Origin: Candidatus Eiseniibacteriota bacterium
Lineage (GTDB): Bacteria > Eisenbacteria > RBG-16-71-46 > DASYSL01
DNA length: 64,000 nucleotides
Direction of reading: 5' to 3'
Assembly: GCA_046598045.1 (NCBI GenBank)
Contig: JBKJJJ010000174.1
Coordinates: 1-64,000, forward strand
How positions within the stretch are numbered: position 1 is the stretch's first letter; every line of letters starts with the position of its first letter. Both the position numbers and the translations under genes were made by a program. The notes below the pieces were generated by a model. It searched no databases. It was not told the origin of the DNA and saw only the letters and a list, made by a program, of their open reading frames with translations. Below, one piece after another: positions 1 through 10,627 of this stretch.

Positions 1-125
1 GTCTCGCCCATGATTTTGCCGTCTTCGAAGTATCCGAAGGCGTGCCGGTCGCGAAGACCGGACGTTGCCGTCACGATTGGACGGCGCTTGACCTGGGCGC
101 AAGCCCTGCAACAAGGAGCACCGAA

Positions 126-326
126 GTGGCTGCTGGCACCGTGAAGTGGTTCAACGAGGCGAAGGGTTTTGGTTTCATCTCCCAGGAAGGCGGCGAGGAT
201 GTGTTCGTGCACTTCTCCGTGATCCAGGGCGACGGCTTCAAGACGCTGGCCGAGGGCGAGCGTGTCAATTTCGACGTGGTCAAGGGTCCGAAGGGCCTGC
301 AGGCGGCCAACGTCACGCGCGGCTAG
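126..326 (+). CDS. cspA: Cold-shock protein (CSD)
   Basis: GTVKWFN..KGFGFI..DVFVHFS RNP1/RNP2 motifs; GTG start at 126 after AAGGAG SD. Confidence 0.95.
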   Translation: MAAGTVKWFNEAKGFGFISQEGGEDVFVHFSVIQGDGFKTLAEGERVNFDVVKGPKGLQAANVTRG

Positions 327-363
327 TCGACGAACGAAACCTCGGGGTACCACCTCGCAGGAC

Positions 364-396
364 GGGGCGGCGCGCAAGCGCCGCCCCTCTATTTTT
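364..396 (+). terminator. Intrinsic terminator after csp (between convergent genes)
   Basis: GGGGCGGCGC-GCAA-GCGCCGCCCC perfect 10-bp stem with GNRA loop followed by TCTATTTTT. Confidence 0.85.
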
Positions 397-404
397 ACGG
401 CGGC

Positions 405-1403
405 CTACGGGTGGAACAGCTTCACGACGTAGAACGTCAGCGCGGCCACCAGCGCCGACATCGGCAGCGTGAGGATCCAGGCCCACACGATCCGCCCCGC
501 CACGCCCCACTTCACCGCCGACAGGCGCCGCGTCGAGCCCACGCCCACGATCGCGCCGGTGATGGTGTGCGTGGTCGAGACCGGGATTCCGGTCAGCGTC
601 GCGCCGAACAGCGTCAGCGCGCCCGCGGTCTCGGCGCAGAAGCCGCCCACCGGCTGCAGCTTGGTGAGCTTCATGCCCATCGTCTTCACGATCCGCCAGC
701 CGCCCGACATCGTGCCGAGCGCGATCGCCGCGTGGCTCGAGAGCACGACCCAGAGCGGCACGTGGAACTCGCCGGACAGGTGCCCGGTGGCATAGAGCAG
801 CGCGGTGATGATGCCCATGGTCTTCTGGGCGTCGTTGCCGCCGTGCCCCAGGCTGAACGCTGCCGCCGAGAACATCTGGAGACGCCGGAACAGCTTGTCC
901 ACCCGGTGTGGCGTCCTGTGCTGGAAAAGGTGGTAGGTGATGGTCATGAAGATGAAGCCCAGCGCCATCCCGACCAGCGGCGAGATCACGATGAACGCCG
1001 CAATCTTGACGACGCCCGGCACGATGACTCCCTGCGGTCCCACCGCAGCGAGCGCCGAGCCGACCAATCCGCCGATCAGCGCATGTGAGGAGGACGTCGG
1101 CAGGCTGAGCCACCACGTGATCAGGTTCCACACGATCGCGCCCACCACGCCGGCGAGGATGATCTGGGGCGAGATCACGGAGGGATCGATCACGCCCTTG
1201 CCGATCGTCTTTGCGACGTGCGTCCCGAGCACCGCGAACGCGGCGAAGTTGAAGAATGCGGCCCACAGCACCGCGACCTTGGGGGAGAGCACGCGCGTGC
1301 TCACGACCGTGGCGATCGAGTTCGCGGCGTCGTGGAACCCGTTGATGAAGTCGAACGTGAGCGCGAGCGCGATGATGACCAGGACCTCAGTCGAGTACGG
1401 CAT
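405..1403 (-). CDS. pit: Inorganic phosphate transporter, PiT family
   Basis: NGFHDAANSIAT and HGGNDAQKTMG signature repeats, PVSTTH, multiple TM helices. Confidence 0.95.
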   Translation of the reverse strand: MPYSTEVLVIIALALTFDFINGFHDAANSIATVVSTRVLSPKVAVLWAAFFNFAAFAVLGTHVAKTIGKGVIDPSVISPQIILAGVVGAIVWNLITWWLSLPTSSSHALIGGLVGSALAAVGPQGVIVPGVVKIAAFIVISPLVGMALGFIFMTITYHLFQHRTPHRVDKLFRRLQMFSAAAFSLGHGGNDAQKTMGIITALLYATGHLSGEFHVPLWVVLSSHAAIALGTMSGGWRIVKTMGMKLTKLQPVGGFCAETAGALTLFGATLTGIPVSTTHTITGAIVGVGSTRRLSAVKWGVAGRIVWAWILTLPMSALVAALTFYVVKLFHP

Positions 1404-1406
1404 GGA

Positions 1407-2024
1407 TCAGCTGTTCTTGATCACGATCGTCTCGATCGTGTTCGCGACATCCTCGCACAGGTCGGCGGCGTTCTCGAGCCGTCCGTAGATTTCCTTCCAG
1501 CGCAGCACGTCCATGACGTCGTGCTCCCCGCTGAACAGGTCGGCCACGACCTGGCGGGAGATCGAGTCGGCCTCGTTCTCCAGGCGGTTGATCTCGATCG
1601 TGAAGCCCATCAGGTTCTTGAAGCCCTTGAGCCGGCCGACCGCCTGCTCGATCTGCACGCCGCACTTGACGAGGATCTCGCCGAGCTGCACCGCCTCGGG
1701 CGTGGTCGCGCGGATCTTGAACACGAGCACGCGATGCCCGATCGCCTCGACCGAGTCGAGGACATCGTCGAGCCCGGACGCCAGCGCATGGATGTCCTCG
1801 CGCTCGAGCGGCGTGATGAACGTCTTGTTGAGGCGCTCGAAGATTTCGTGCGTCACCAGGTCGCCGCGGTGTTCGACCTCCTTGAGGCGCTTTGCGCGGT
1901 CCTCGAGGTTGTCGAAATCGCGGAGCAGCTCAAGGAGCATTTCGCAGCCTTCGCGCACCAGCGCGCCCTGCTTGGAGAACAGCACGAAGAAGTTCTCGTC
2001 GTGCGGGAACAGGCGAAATTTCAC
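1407..2024 (-). CDS. DUF47 / PhoU-like Pit accessory protein
   Basis: EHRGD..THEI..LNKTFITPLEREDI..LDDVLD and ENEAD motifs; directly upstream of pit; GTG start after GAGGA. Confidence 0.9.
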   Translation of the reverse strand: MKFRLFPHDENFFVLFSKQGALVREGCEMLLELLRDFDNLEDRAKRLKEVEHRGDLVTHEIFERLNKTFITPLEREDIHALASGLDDVLDSVEAIGHRVLVFKIRATTPEAVQLGEILVKCGVQIEQAVGRLKGFKNLMGFTIEINRLENEADSISRQVVADLFSGEHDVMDVLRWKEIYGRLENAADLCEDVANTIETIVIKNS

Positions 2025-2212
2025 GGAGGTCCTCGTTCGAAGGAGTGTGAAAGTGGTCACCGCGCGCCCGGAGACTCCGCGACGCAGGGCATAAAACATG
2101 TACCACAGGGCCGGTGCTCCGGCAATTCGGTGCGCCCCCGATCCGTTGCCGGAGTCCGGAGGCGCAATTTTCCCGCCGTTCCCGGGGCCTGCGCGGGGTA
2201 CGCTCCCGCGCC

Positions 2213-2842
2213 ATGGAAACCATCGACTCAAAGGCGCTCGCGCGCGCGCTCGTCGAATCCGCCTGGATCTCGGCCCGCATCGCCGTGCTGGCCGGGCTCG
2301 CGATCTGGATCACCGGCGTGCTGCTCCATCCCCGCCGCGCGCCGGGCCCCCGGGCCGTGGTGCACTCCCTGCCCGGCGCCGGTCCGCGCGCGATGGCACA
2401 GCTCGCCGCCTTGCTCGCCGGCGGCGCGCTCGCCGCGCTCACGCGGGGCGAGGCCGCGCGCTGGCTGCCCGCGTGGGGCCAGGGCGCCGTGTGCGCGGCT
2501 GCCGCGCTGTGCGCGTTGCTCGGCGGCATGCTCGGCGCGTGGTCGGCGCGCGCGCTCGGCGGCGCACTCGTCCTCCCGGCCGAGGTGCGCGCCGGCGACC
2601 CGCTGGTCACCACGGGGCCGTTCGCCGTCGTCCGCCACCCGTTCTACCTGTCGCTCGCGCTGTGGGCCCTGGGCGCGGGACTCGCGCTCGGCAGCCTGAG
2701 CGGAACGACCGGGCTGTTCGCCGCGCTGCTCGCGACCTCGGCGGCACGCGCGCGGCTCGAGGACGCCGTGCTCGCGCGCGCGCACCCGGAGGCGTTCGCC
2801 GCCTACGCCGCGCGCGTGCGGGCGTTCCTCCCGAAACTCTAA
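2213..2842 (+). CDS. Isoprenylcysteine carboxyl methyltransferase (ICMT/PEMT) family membrane protein
   Basis: LVTTGPFAVVRHPFY motif, C-terminal ED..L...Y..RV..FLP, several TM helices. Confidence 0.8.
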   Translation: METIDSKALARALVESAWISARIAVLAGLAIWITGVLLHPRRAPGPRAVVHSLPGAGPRAMAQLAALLAGGALAALTRGEAARWLPAWGQGAVCAAAALCALLGGMLGAWSARALGGALVLPAEVRAGDPLVTTGPFAVVRHPFYLSLALWALGAGLALGSLSGTTGLFAALLATSAARARLEDAVLARAHPEAFAAYAARVRAFLPKL

Positions 2843-2908
2843 TCCGACGGTATCGAGTCGCGCACCAGCACACCTTCCACGAACAGCGCGCTCAGGAGCC
2901 GGGATCCA

Positions 2909-3580
2909 TCACGGCGCATGGCGTTCCTCGATGTGGTGCTTGACCACGCGCGCCTCGGCGATGAACACGACCTCCTCGGCGATGTTGGTCGCGAGGTCGG
3001 CCACCCGTTCGAGGTTGCGCGAGACCAGGATGAGCTCGAGCGCGCGCGGGATCGCCGACGGCCGCTCGATCATGGTGGCGAGGAGCTCCTCGGTGAGCTG
3101 GCCCTTCATTTGGTCGACTTCGTCGTCCTCGATCAGGATGCGCAGTGCCGCGGCGGCGTCGTTGCGCACGAACGCGTCGAGCGCTTCGGTGAGCATCCGC
3201 GTGGAGAGGATGGCCATGCGGGGCAGGTCCACCAGCGGTTCGAGTCCAAGCGCGCGGCCGAGCCGTTGCGTTGACTGGGCGATGTTGACCGCGTGATCGC
3301 CCACGCGTTCGAGGTCGCCCCCGATCTTGAGCGCCGAGACCACGAAGCGCAGGTCCCCGCCGACCGGCTGGCGCAACGCGAGCAGCCGGATCACGCGTTC
3401 GTCGATCTCGATCTCGAGCGCGTCGATCGCGCGATCGTCGGCGAAGATCTCCTCCGCGAGCGCAGCGTCGCGGGCCTTGAGCGCGTCGATCGCCTTGTGG
3501 ACGATCGCCTCGGCCCGGCCGCCCATGAGCAGCAGGCGGGCCTTGAGTTCGTTCAGTTCCTCGTCGAAGTGGCGTTCCAT
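2909..3580 (-). CDS. phoU: Phosphate signalling protein PhoU
   Basis: RQPVGGDLR, DLERVGDHAVNIA, LERVADLATNIAEEV repeats; follows pstB. Confidence 0.95.
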   Translation of the reverse strand: MERHFDEELNELKARLLLMGGRAEAIVHKAIDALKARDAALAEEIFADDRAIDALEIEIDERVIRLLALRQPVGGDLRFVVSALKIGGDLERVGDHAVNIAQSTQRLGRALGLEPLVDLPRMAILSTRMLTEALDAFVRNDAAAALRILIEDDEVDQMKGQLTEELLATMIERPSAIPRALELILVSRNLERVADLATNIAEEVVFIAEARVVKHHIEERHAP

Positions 3581-3587
3581 GGGTTCC

Positions 3588-4433
3588 TCAGCCGAAGCGG
3601 CCGGTGATGTAGTCCTCGGTCAGGCGCTCGCGCGGCTGCGTGAAGATGCGCGGCGTGGCGTCGACTTCGACCAGTCGCCCCTGCATGAGGAACGCCGTCT
3701 GGTCCGAGATGCGGGCCGCCTGCTGCATGTTGTGCGTCACCACGACGATGGTATAGCGCGCCTTGAGGTCGAGCACCAGCTCCTCGATCTTGGCCGTCGA
3801 GGTCGGGTCGAGCGCCGACGCGGGCTCGTCCATGAGCAACACTTCGGGATCGACTGCGAGCGAGCGCGCGATGCACAGGCGCTGCTGCTGGCCGCCCGAA
3901 AGCTTGAGCGCCGAGTCCTTGAGCCGGTCCTTGATTTCCTCCCACAGCGCGGCCTGGCGGAGCGTGCGTTCGACCAGCGCGTCCAGTTCGCCGCCCGACT
4001 TCATGCCGAGCATGCGCGGGCCGAACGCGACGTTCTCGTAGATCGACTTGGGGAACGGGTTCGCGCGCTGGAACACCATGCCGACGCGACGCCGCAGGTC
4101 GACCACGTCGACGCCCGCGCCATACAGGTCCTCGCCGTCGAGCGTGGCGCGGCCCTCGACGCGGGTCCCGTCGATCAGGTCGTTCATGCGGTTGAACGTG
4201 CGCAGCAGCGTCGACTTGCCGCAGCCCGACGGCCCGATGGGCGCGGTCACCGAGCGCTCCGGGACGGCGAGCGTGACCTCGAACAGCGCCTGCAGCTTCC
4301 CGTAGTGGAAGGAGAGGCGCTCGGTCGCGAGCGCGACCCGCCCGGGCGCCGTGGGCGCGCCGGCGGGCGGCGGGGCAAACGCGCGCGGAATGGGCCGCGG
4401 CGGTGCTGGGGGCTGGGCGGTGGTGTCGATCAC
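3588..4433 (-). CDS. pstB: Phosphate ABC transporter ATPase PstB
   Basis: [44 protein letters not shown] start overlaps pstA stop (GTGA). Confidence 0.95.
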   Translation of the reverse strand: MIDTTAQPPAPPRPIPRAFAPPPAGAPTAPGRVALATERLSFHYGKLQALFEVTLAVPERSVTAPIGPSGCGKSTLLRTFNRMNDLIDGTRVEGRATLDGEDLYGAGVDVVDLRRRVGMVFQRANPFPKSIYENVAFGPRMLGMKSGGELDALVERTLRQAALWEEIKDRLKDSALKLSGGQQQRLCIARSLAVDPEVLLMDEPASALDPTSTAKIEELVLDLKARYTIVVVTHNMQQAARISDQTAFLMQGRLVEVDATPRIFTQPRERLTEDYITGRFG

Positions 4434-5428
4434 GCCGCGGCTCCGAGGCCCATCCCGCGCCGGATGCGCGCACGCAGGAAGATGGCGGTGAAGTTGAGGG
4501 CAAACGTGAGCCCGAGCAGCACGAGCACGGTGCCGTAGAGCAGCGGCAGCGTGCGATCCACGTCGGGCGATTGCGTGGCGAGTACGTACACGTGGTAGCC
4601 GAGTTCCATGAACTGGTCCGTGGGCGAAGTCGGCAAGTAAGGCAGATAATACGCCGCCCCGGTGAACAGGATCGGCGCCACCTCGCCCGCGCCACGACTG
4701 ACCGAGAGGATCGCGCCCGTCAGCACGCCGGGCAGCGCCTGGGGCAGCACGACGTGGCGCACCATCTGCCAGCGCGTCGCCCCGAGCGCGAGCGCGCCCT
4801 CCCGTGCCGACGGCGGGACCGCCCGCAGCGCCTCCTCGGTGGCCACGATCACGACCGGCAGGTTGAGCAGCGCGAGCGTGAGCGCGGCCCACAGGATCGC
4901 GGGCTGACCGAACAGGACGTCCTGGTGGAACGCGCGGTCGATCCCGCGCCCCAGGAACTGCACGAAGAACCCGAGCCCGAACAGCCCGAACACGATCGAC
5001 GGCACGCCCGCGAGATTGTGCACCGCGAAGCGTACGAGCCGGGTCAGGGGCGCGTTCGCGCGCGCGTACTCGTGCAGATGGATCGCGGCCAGCACGCCCA
5101 CGGGCAGCACTGCCACGATCATGAGGAACACCAGTGCGGCCGTGCCGAAGATCGCCGGAAAGATTCCGCCGGCGGTCATGCCCTGCTCGGGGTTCCGGAA
5201 CAGGAACGTCGGCGTCACTGTCCGCCAGCCGCCCCACACGATCGTGCCCAGGATCACCGCCACGATGAGGACGATCCACAGCGTGGCGAGACCGCTCACG
5301 CCGGTCCACAGCACGTTCCATCCCGCCTGCACCCTCCGCCGCGAGCGGGTTGCGAACGCGCTCGCCGGCGGCCCGGGCAAAGGCCGGCCGAGCGCGGCGA
5401 GCGCCGCCTGCGTCGGGTCCACGCCCAT
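4430..5428 (-). CDS. pstA: Phosphate ABC transporter permease PstA
   Basis: [40 protein letters not shown]; start overlaps pstC stop. Confidence 0.93.
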   Translation of the reverse strand: MGVDPTQAALAALGRPLPGPPASAFATRSRRRVQAGWNVLWTGVSGLATLWIVLIVAVILGTIVWGGWRTVTPTFLFRNPEQGMTAGGIFPAIFGTAALVFLMIVAVLPVGVLAAIHLHEYARANAPLTRLVRFAVHNLAGVPSIVFGLFGLGFFVQFLGRGIDRAFHQDVLFGQPAILWAALTLALLNLPVVIVATEEALRAVPPSAREGALALGATRWQMVRHVVLPQALPGVLTGAILSVSRGAGEVAPILFTGAAYYLPYLPTSPTDQFMELGYHVYVLATQSPDVDRTLPLLYGTVLVLLGLTFALNFTAIFLRARIRRGMGLGAAA

Positions 5429-6393
5429 CACGCGCCCGCCAGGTGGCGTCGCATGCGATCGACCATCAGGCTCGCCGCCACGTTGAGCACGAAGGTGAGC
5501 GCGAACAGCAGGCTGCCGATGAAGAACAGCGTCGCGTAGTGCGGGCTGCCGACCACGACCTCGGCGAGCTCGGCCGCGATCGTCGCCGAAAGCGTGCGCA
5601 CCGAGTCCGTCAGCGGCCACGACGCCAGCGCCGCGTTGCCCGAGGCCATGAGCACGATCATGGTCTCGCCCACCGCGCGCCCCACGCCCAACATGACGGC
5701 GGCGAAGATGCCCGCCCACGCCGCCGGCAGCGTGACCTGGAACGCGGTCTGCCACGGGCTCGCGCCGAGCGCGAGCGACGCCTCGCGGTAGCTCCGCGGC
5801 ACGGCGCGCAGTGCGTCCTCGCTCACCGAATACACGACCGGCAGGATGGCGAACCCGAGCGCGAGTCCGGCGTTGAGCGCGTTCAGGCGCGAGGGCGACC
5901 CCGTGATCGACTGCACGACGCTCGCGAGCACGATCAGCGCGAAGAACCCGAGCACCACCGAGGGGATCCCCGCGAGCAGCTCGACCACGGGCTTGAGGAC
6001 CTCGCGCGCGGCGCGGGGCGCGAACTCGGACGTGTAGAGCGCGGCCAGGACGGCCACCGGGACGGCCGAGGCGACGGCGACCAGCGTGGCCTTGAACATG
6101 CCGGCGAGCAGTGGCAGGAATGAATATTTCGGGACGTCCGACACCGGCTGCCACGGTCCGGGCGAGAAGAACTTCGCGAGGTTCGCCTCGCGCATCGTCG
6201 CCGAGTCGAGCAGCACCGGCAGCGCCTCGCGGAAGACGAACACGAAGATCAGCACGATCCCGGTCACCGTGGCGAGCGCCGAGGCGGCGATCGCGAACTC
6301 GGCGACGCGGTCGCGCGCGCGCCGCCGCCGCCCGATCGGGCGGGCGAGGAGGTGCGGCGTGAGCATGGGCGCGGTGTGTGGCTCGATCGGCAT
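5428..6393 (-). CDS. pstC: Phosphate ABC transporter permease PstC
   Basis: [38 protein letters not shown] after GGAGGAGG SD. Confidence 0.93.
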   Translation of the reverse strand: MPIEPHTAPMLTPHLLARPIGRRRRARDRVAEFAIAASALATVTGIVLIFVFVFREALPVLLDSATMREANLAKFFSPGPWQPVSDVPKYSFLPLLAGMFKATLVAVASAVPVAVLAALYTSEFAPRAAREVLKPVVELLAGIPSVVLGFFALIVLASVVQSITGSPSRLNALNAGLALGFAILPVVYSVSEDALRAVPRSYREASLALGASPWQTAFQVTLPAAWAGIFAAVMLGVGRAVGETMIVLMASGNAALASWPLTDSVRTLSATIAAELAEVVVGSPHYATLFFIGSLLFALTFVLNVAASLMVDRMRRHLAGA

Positions 6394-6427
6394 CGACCCT
6401 CCTCCCTGGACAAGAGCACGATCCCGC

Positions 6428-6471
6428 GGATCGGTTGCCGGTCGGTTGCCGGGGTGTAACAAAGCTGTGAA
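6428..6471 (-). promoter_or_regulatory. PHO-box-like array (four 11-bp direct-repeat units) upstream of pstC
   Basis: Minus strand reads TTCACAGCTTT GTTACACCCCG GCAACCGACCG GCAACCGATCC; 11-bp period typical of PhoB/PhoP sites. Confidence 0.65.
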
Positions 6472-6535
6472 CGCGGGGGAAGATACGGCGTGGGTTTGAC
6501 CGCGGGGATGCGGGGAGGTTACGGCGAGGTCGATT

Positions 6536-8308
6536 TCAGCGGGGACGGGCGAGCGGCAGGTGCGCGGTGAAGCGCGCCCCGCCGCCCGGACGATTCGCGA
6601 CCGTGACGCGACCGCCGTGCAGCTCGACGATGTGGCGCACGATCGACAGCCCGAGCCCGGTGCCCGGCACCTCGCGCGAGCGCGCGGCATCGAGGCGGTA
6701 GAAGCGCTCGAAGATCCGGTCCTGCGCTTCCTCGGGCACGCCGGGTCCGGTATCCTCGACCGCCAACACGGCCTCGCCCTGGATGCGCTCGACGCGCACA
6801 GTGACCGCGCCGGCCTCCGTGTACTTGAGCGCGTTGTCCACGAGGTTGAACAGGAGCTGCTCGAGCCGCATGCGCTCGCCGAGCACGACCACCTCGCCCG
6901 CCGGCGTCTCGCACGTCAGCACCAGGCCGTCCTTGCGGGCCCGCGGCGTGAGCGCCTCGGTGACCGCGCGCGCGAGCTTCACGACGTCGACCGGCCCGAG
7001 CGCGAGCGCGGCATCCGGGCGGTCGAGCTCCGAGAGTGCGAGCAGGTCCTCGACGATCGCCGTCAGCCGCGCGGCCTGGTCCTTGATCGTCTCCACGAAG
7101 CCCTGCCGGCGCGCGATGTCCTCGAGCCCGCCGTCGAGCAGCGTCTCGGCGTAGCCCACGATCGAGGTCAACGGGGTCTTGAGCTCGTGCGATACGTTGG
7201 CGACGAAATCCTGTCGCACGCGCTCGAGCCGGCGCAGCGGGGTGAGGTCGCGTACGACCAGCAGCGTCGAACCGTCGGCAAGGCCGGTCGCGACCGCGTC
7301 GAGCGTGCGCTCGGCGGGCCCGCGCGGCCGGATCTCGCGGCGCAGCGCCTGTTGCCCGGAGCGCGCCTCGGCGAGGAACGCGTCGAGCTCCGTCACGCGG
7401 CACCACTCGCCGAAGCGTTCGCCCGCATGCGGCGGCGCCTCGCGCCCGAGCGCGCGAGCCAGCGCGGCATTGGCATGGACGATCGTGCCCGACGCGTCGA
7501 GCAGCACGACGCCGTCGGTCATCGCGGCCAGCATCTCCTCGCGCAGGTCGCGCTCGGCCTCGACGCGCTCGAGCGTGCCTCGCAGGCCGGCGGCCATACG
7601 GTTGACCATGCGCGCGACCTCGGTCAGCTCGTCCCTGCCCTCTTCCGAGGCACGGGCGGCCAGGTCGCCCTGCTCGAGCCGCCGGGCCACGTCCTCGAAC
7701 GCATGGAGGCGGCGGGACAGCGGGCGGGTCCACCACGACGCCAGGCCCACGCCGAGCAGCAGCGCAAGCGCCGCGAGCGCCCACAAGAGCCCGAGTGCGC
7801 GCCGCACGTGGCCGCGCGCGGTCGCCACCGGGAGCGCGACGCGCACCACCGCGCCCGGCGGGCTCGCGAGCGCCCGCGCAAGGTACAGGTACTCGACGCC
7901 CACGCTCGCGCTCTTGCGCACATCCCGCCCGACGCCGCCCGGGCCACCCGCGCGCGCGGCGAGCACCTCGGGCCGGCCCGCGTGGTTCTGCAGGCGCGAA
8001 AGGCTCTCGGCCGGCACTTCGCTGTCGCCCAGGACGACGCCATCGGGCGCGATCACCGTGACCCGGCGCCCGAGTGCGCGGCCCTTCGCATCCGCCCAGT
8101 GGTCGAGCGTCGCCCGGTCCGCCACTTCGATCGCGCCGGCGGGCGCTTCCTCGGCGAGCAGCGTGGTGACCGCGCGCAGATCGTCGTCCAGCGCGCCCAG
8201 GATCGACGCGCGTTCGGATCCGCCAACGTAGACCGCGAGCAGGGCAAGCACGGCCGAGAGCACGAGCGCAAAGCCGACGACCAGCCGGCCGGTGATCGTG
8301 CGCATCAT
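6536..8308 (-). CDS. phoR: Phosphate regulon sensor histidine kinase PhoR (HAMP-PAS-HisKA-HATPase)
   Basis: FVANVSHELKTPLTSI, NLVDNALKYT, GTGLGLSIV; two TM helices; between phoB and pstC. Confidence 0.9.
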   Translation of the reverse strand: MMRTITGRLVVGFALVLSAVLALLAVYVGGSERASILGALDDDLRAVTTLLAEEAPAGAIEVADRATLDHWADAKGRALGRRVTVIAPDGVVLGDSEVPAESLSRLQNHAGRPEVLAARAGGPGGVGRDVRKSASVGVEYLYLARALASPPGAVVRVALPVATARGHVRRALGLLWALAALALLLGVGLASWWTRPLSRRLHAFEDVARRLEQGDLAARASEEGRDELTEVARMVNRMAAGLRGTLERVEAERDLREEMLAAMTDGVVLLDASGTIVHANAALARALGREAPPHAGERFGEWCRVTELDAFLAEARSGQQALRREIRPRGPAERTLDAVATGLADGSTLLVVRDLTPLRRLERVRQDFVANVSHELKTPLTSIVGYAETLLDGGLEDIARRQGFVETIKDQAARLTAIVEDLLALSELDRPDAALALGPVDVVKLARAVTEALTPRARKDGLVLTCETPAGEVVVLGERMRLEQLLFNLVDNALKYTEAGAVTVRVERIQGEAVLAVEDTGPGVPEEAQDRIFERFYRLDAARSREVPGTGLGLSIVRHIVELHGGRVTVANRPGGGARFTAHLPLARPR

Positions 8309-8997
8309 GACGGTCGGCGCACCACGAACTTGTAGCCGGAGCCGGTGACCGTGGCGATCAACCCGGCACCGTCGTCGCCCAGTTTGGCGCGCAGGCGGCG
8401 GACGTGCACGTCGACCGTGCGGGTCTCGCCGCGATAGTCGTAGCCCCAGACCTTGGTGAGCAATTCGTCGCGCGAGAACACGCGACCGGGGTGGCGGGCG
8501 AGAAAGTAGAGCAGCTCGAACTCCCGTGGCGTGAGCGTGAGTTCGCGGCCGGAAAGGCGGGCCTCGCGCCGCGCGTGGTCCAGCATGAGTGGGCCGGCGT
8601 CGAGCGCAGCGGACTCGCGCGGCGGCAGCGCGCGGCGCAGGACCGCCTCGATCCGGGCGATGACCTCGCGCGGCGAGAACGGCTTCGTGATGTAGTCGTC
8701 GGCACCCCGCTCGAAGCCGAGTAGCTTGTCCATCTCGGCGCCGCGCGCGGTCAGGAGGAGGACCGGCAGCTCGCGCGTCGAGGGCTCCTGGCGCAGCTCG
8801 CGCAGCACCTCGAGCCCGTTCAGCCCGGGCAAAAGGAGATCGAGCAGCACGAGGTCCGGGTGCGTGGCGAAGATGCGCGCGAGCCCCTCCTCGCCATCCT
8901 GCGCGGTCAGGACCTGGTAGCCCTGGCGCTCGAGGTTATAGCGGAGGAGTTCGCGGATCTCGCGTTCGTCGTCGACGATCAGGATCGTGGTGGCCAC
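8305..8997 (-). CDS. phoB: OmpR/PhoB-family response regulator
   Basis: ILIVDDE..LLDLLLP..GADDYITKPFS..RTVDVHVRRLRAKL; coupled to phoR, upstream of pst genes. Confidence 0.88.
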   Translation of the reverse strand: MATTILIVDDEREIRELLRYNLERQGYQVLTAQDGEEGLARIFATHPDLVLLDLLLPGLNGLEVLRELRQEPSTRELPVLLLTARGAEMDKLLGFERGADDYITKPFSPREVIARIEAVLRRALPPRESAALDAGPLMLDHARREARLSGRELTLTPREFELLYFLARHPGRVFSRDELLTKVWGYDYRGETRTVDVHVRRLRAKLGDDGAGLIATVTGSGYKFVVRRPS

Positions 8998-9003
8998 GGC
9001 GGC

Positions 9004-9032
9004 AGTGTAGGGCGCGGGCGCATGAGCGTCGA
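9004..9032 (-). promoter_or_regulatory. Putative sigma70-type promoter of phoB (leaderless configuration)
   Basis: Minus strand TCGACG-N17-TACACT-N6-GTG, no SD sequence. Confidence 0.55.
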
Positions 9033-9382
9033 GGGCGAGCGTCCGGCGCGCATCGCTCGCCGTCGCGGATTCGACGATGGCCGCGCGTTGCCCGCGCGGA
9101 TGCGGGCGCGGGCGCGGGATTCGCGTCGACGGAACGCGGCACGCCGATTGCGTGGCCCGCCTTGACGGGCCGCCGCGCTCCCGCCACCCGCCTCGTTGCG
9201 CGAGGTCCTCGCCCCCCGAATCGGCAGCCCCCGGGCCCGCCTGCCGGCGCCGCGGTCCGTCCCGTCTGCTTCGTGAGCCTTGACCCCGGGGCCATGGTCT
9301 GCAAGCTTCGGCGTGATGTCTTGACTTGCGCGCTCGGGTCGCTGCCCCGGGCAAGCCGTCCCACGCCAACGAGGGAACGATC

Positions 9383-10006
9383 ATGAGACGACTTGCACTC
9401 CTGACGGTTCTGCTGTGCGCGATGTTCACCCGCACGGCGAACGCCGGCGCTTACGGACAACTGATCCCGGCCAGCCCGCTGATGGGCGGGAACAACGAAT
9501 TCGGCGTCTACCTGCTGCTGGGCGACCGCGTGAACGATACCGGCCTGCTGGGCCAGGTGCGCTTTTCCAGCTCGCCGAAGCTCGACTGGGGTCTCCAGCT
9601 CGGGTTCGCGGACGGGGGCCAGGGCAGCAGCGCCGTGCTCCTGGGCGGCGACCTGCGCCCGATCCTGCATCGCGCAGACGACAACTTCCCGCTCGACCTT
9701 GCGTTCGACATCGGGCTCGGCCTCGAGATCGCCGACCACGTCACGATCATCGACATGGTCCCCGCGATCGAGGGCAGCCATCGCTTCGGCCTCGAAGGCT
9801 CCTCGGGCGCACTCACGCCCTACATGAGCATCGGGCTCGACGTGAACCACTTCAGCATCGACAACGGTCCGGATGGCACCAACTCGGACCTCGTCGCACG
9901 CTTCGGGCTGGAGTGGGAGCCGAGCGCGAAGCTCGGCGTGATGGGCGAGTTCGGCGTGGGCGATCCGGCGAACGATTTCGTGCTCGGCGTGAACGTTCCG
10001 TTCTAG
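9383..10006 (+). CDS. Outer-membrane beta-barrel protein (hypothetical)
   Basis: Signal peptide MRRLALLTVLLCAMFTRTANA, alternating beta-strand pattern, terminal FVLGVNVPF beta-signal. Confidence 0.75.
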   Translation: MRRLALLTVLLCAMFTRTANAGAYGQLIPASPLMGGNNEFGVYLLLGDRVNDTGLLGQVRFSSSPKLDWGLQLGFADGGQGSSAVLLGGDLRPILHRADDNFPLDLAFDIGLGLEIADHVTIIDMVPAIEGSHRFGLEGSSGALTPYMSIGLDVNHFSIDNGPDGTNSDLVARFGLEWEPSAKLGVMGEFGVGDPANDFVLGVNVPF

Positions 10007-10035
10007 CTCCTCCTACCCGCTCAACGGTGATTTCC

Positions 10036-10062
10036 GGGCCCCGGGGACGCCTCCCGGGGCCC
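10036..10062 (+). terminator. GC-rich hairpin after OMP gene
   Basis: GGGCCCCGGG-N7-CCCGGGGCCC perfect 10-bp stem; no clear U tract. Confidence 0.5.
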
Positions 10063-10335
10063 GTCCTGTCAGTCCTGCAACTTGCTATACGACAACGAGC
10101 TCCGCGTCCAGAACCCGGGCGCGCCGCGCTCCCACGACGGGGCGCCGCGAGGGGTCCAACCCACTCTCACGCCCATGCAATTTGGCTTAATCGATTGCCC
10201 CGGTGTCGGTTGCGGGATTCCAGAAATTTCGATTTTCCGGCTTGTTCGGCTCCGAGGCCGATGTTATTGTTCCGCGCCTTTGCTCTGGCGACTCATCGGG
10301 TCGCAATTTCGGCTCGATAAACCGTGTAAATGGCT

Positions 10336-10591
10336 TTTATCACAATGAGTTGCCAGATGGGGCTCAGCCGTCTTCGAAGGCTTGCCGCCAGACCCTCCCG
10401 GCAAGCCCTCCGGCTGTGGACAAGAGGTGGATAGCGGGGTGGGAGGAGCCTGCTATCTTGCACGAAGACAACGCCTTCAAGAGATCGACACCTTTGTGGA
10501 CAACAGCCTGCGGATCTCGGTGACAATCGACCGCGCCTGCTTTTCAGGGCCAATGGCCGCGGTTCTCCTCCGATCCTGGCCTTGTGGATAA
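10336..10591. promoter_or_regulatory. DnaA-box cluster upstream of dnaA (oriC part 1 / dnaA autoregulation)
   Basis: TGTGGATAA at 10583-10591 (perfect), TGTGGACAA at 10415-10423 and 10495-10503, TTTATCACA at 10336-10344. Confidence 0.85.
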
Positions 10592-10627
10592 CTCAGCAGT
10601 AAGCGCCAACCGACAAGGATCGTTCCG

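Noticed and set aside
2040..2065. PHO box upstream of DUF47-pit
   Set aside because: GTGACC and TTCACA half-sites are 9 nt apart, not the 11-nt period
10007..10627. rpmH or other small CDS upstream of dnaA
   Set aside because: No MKRT-like ORF on either strand; short ORFs have atypical composition and overlap DnaA boxes
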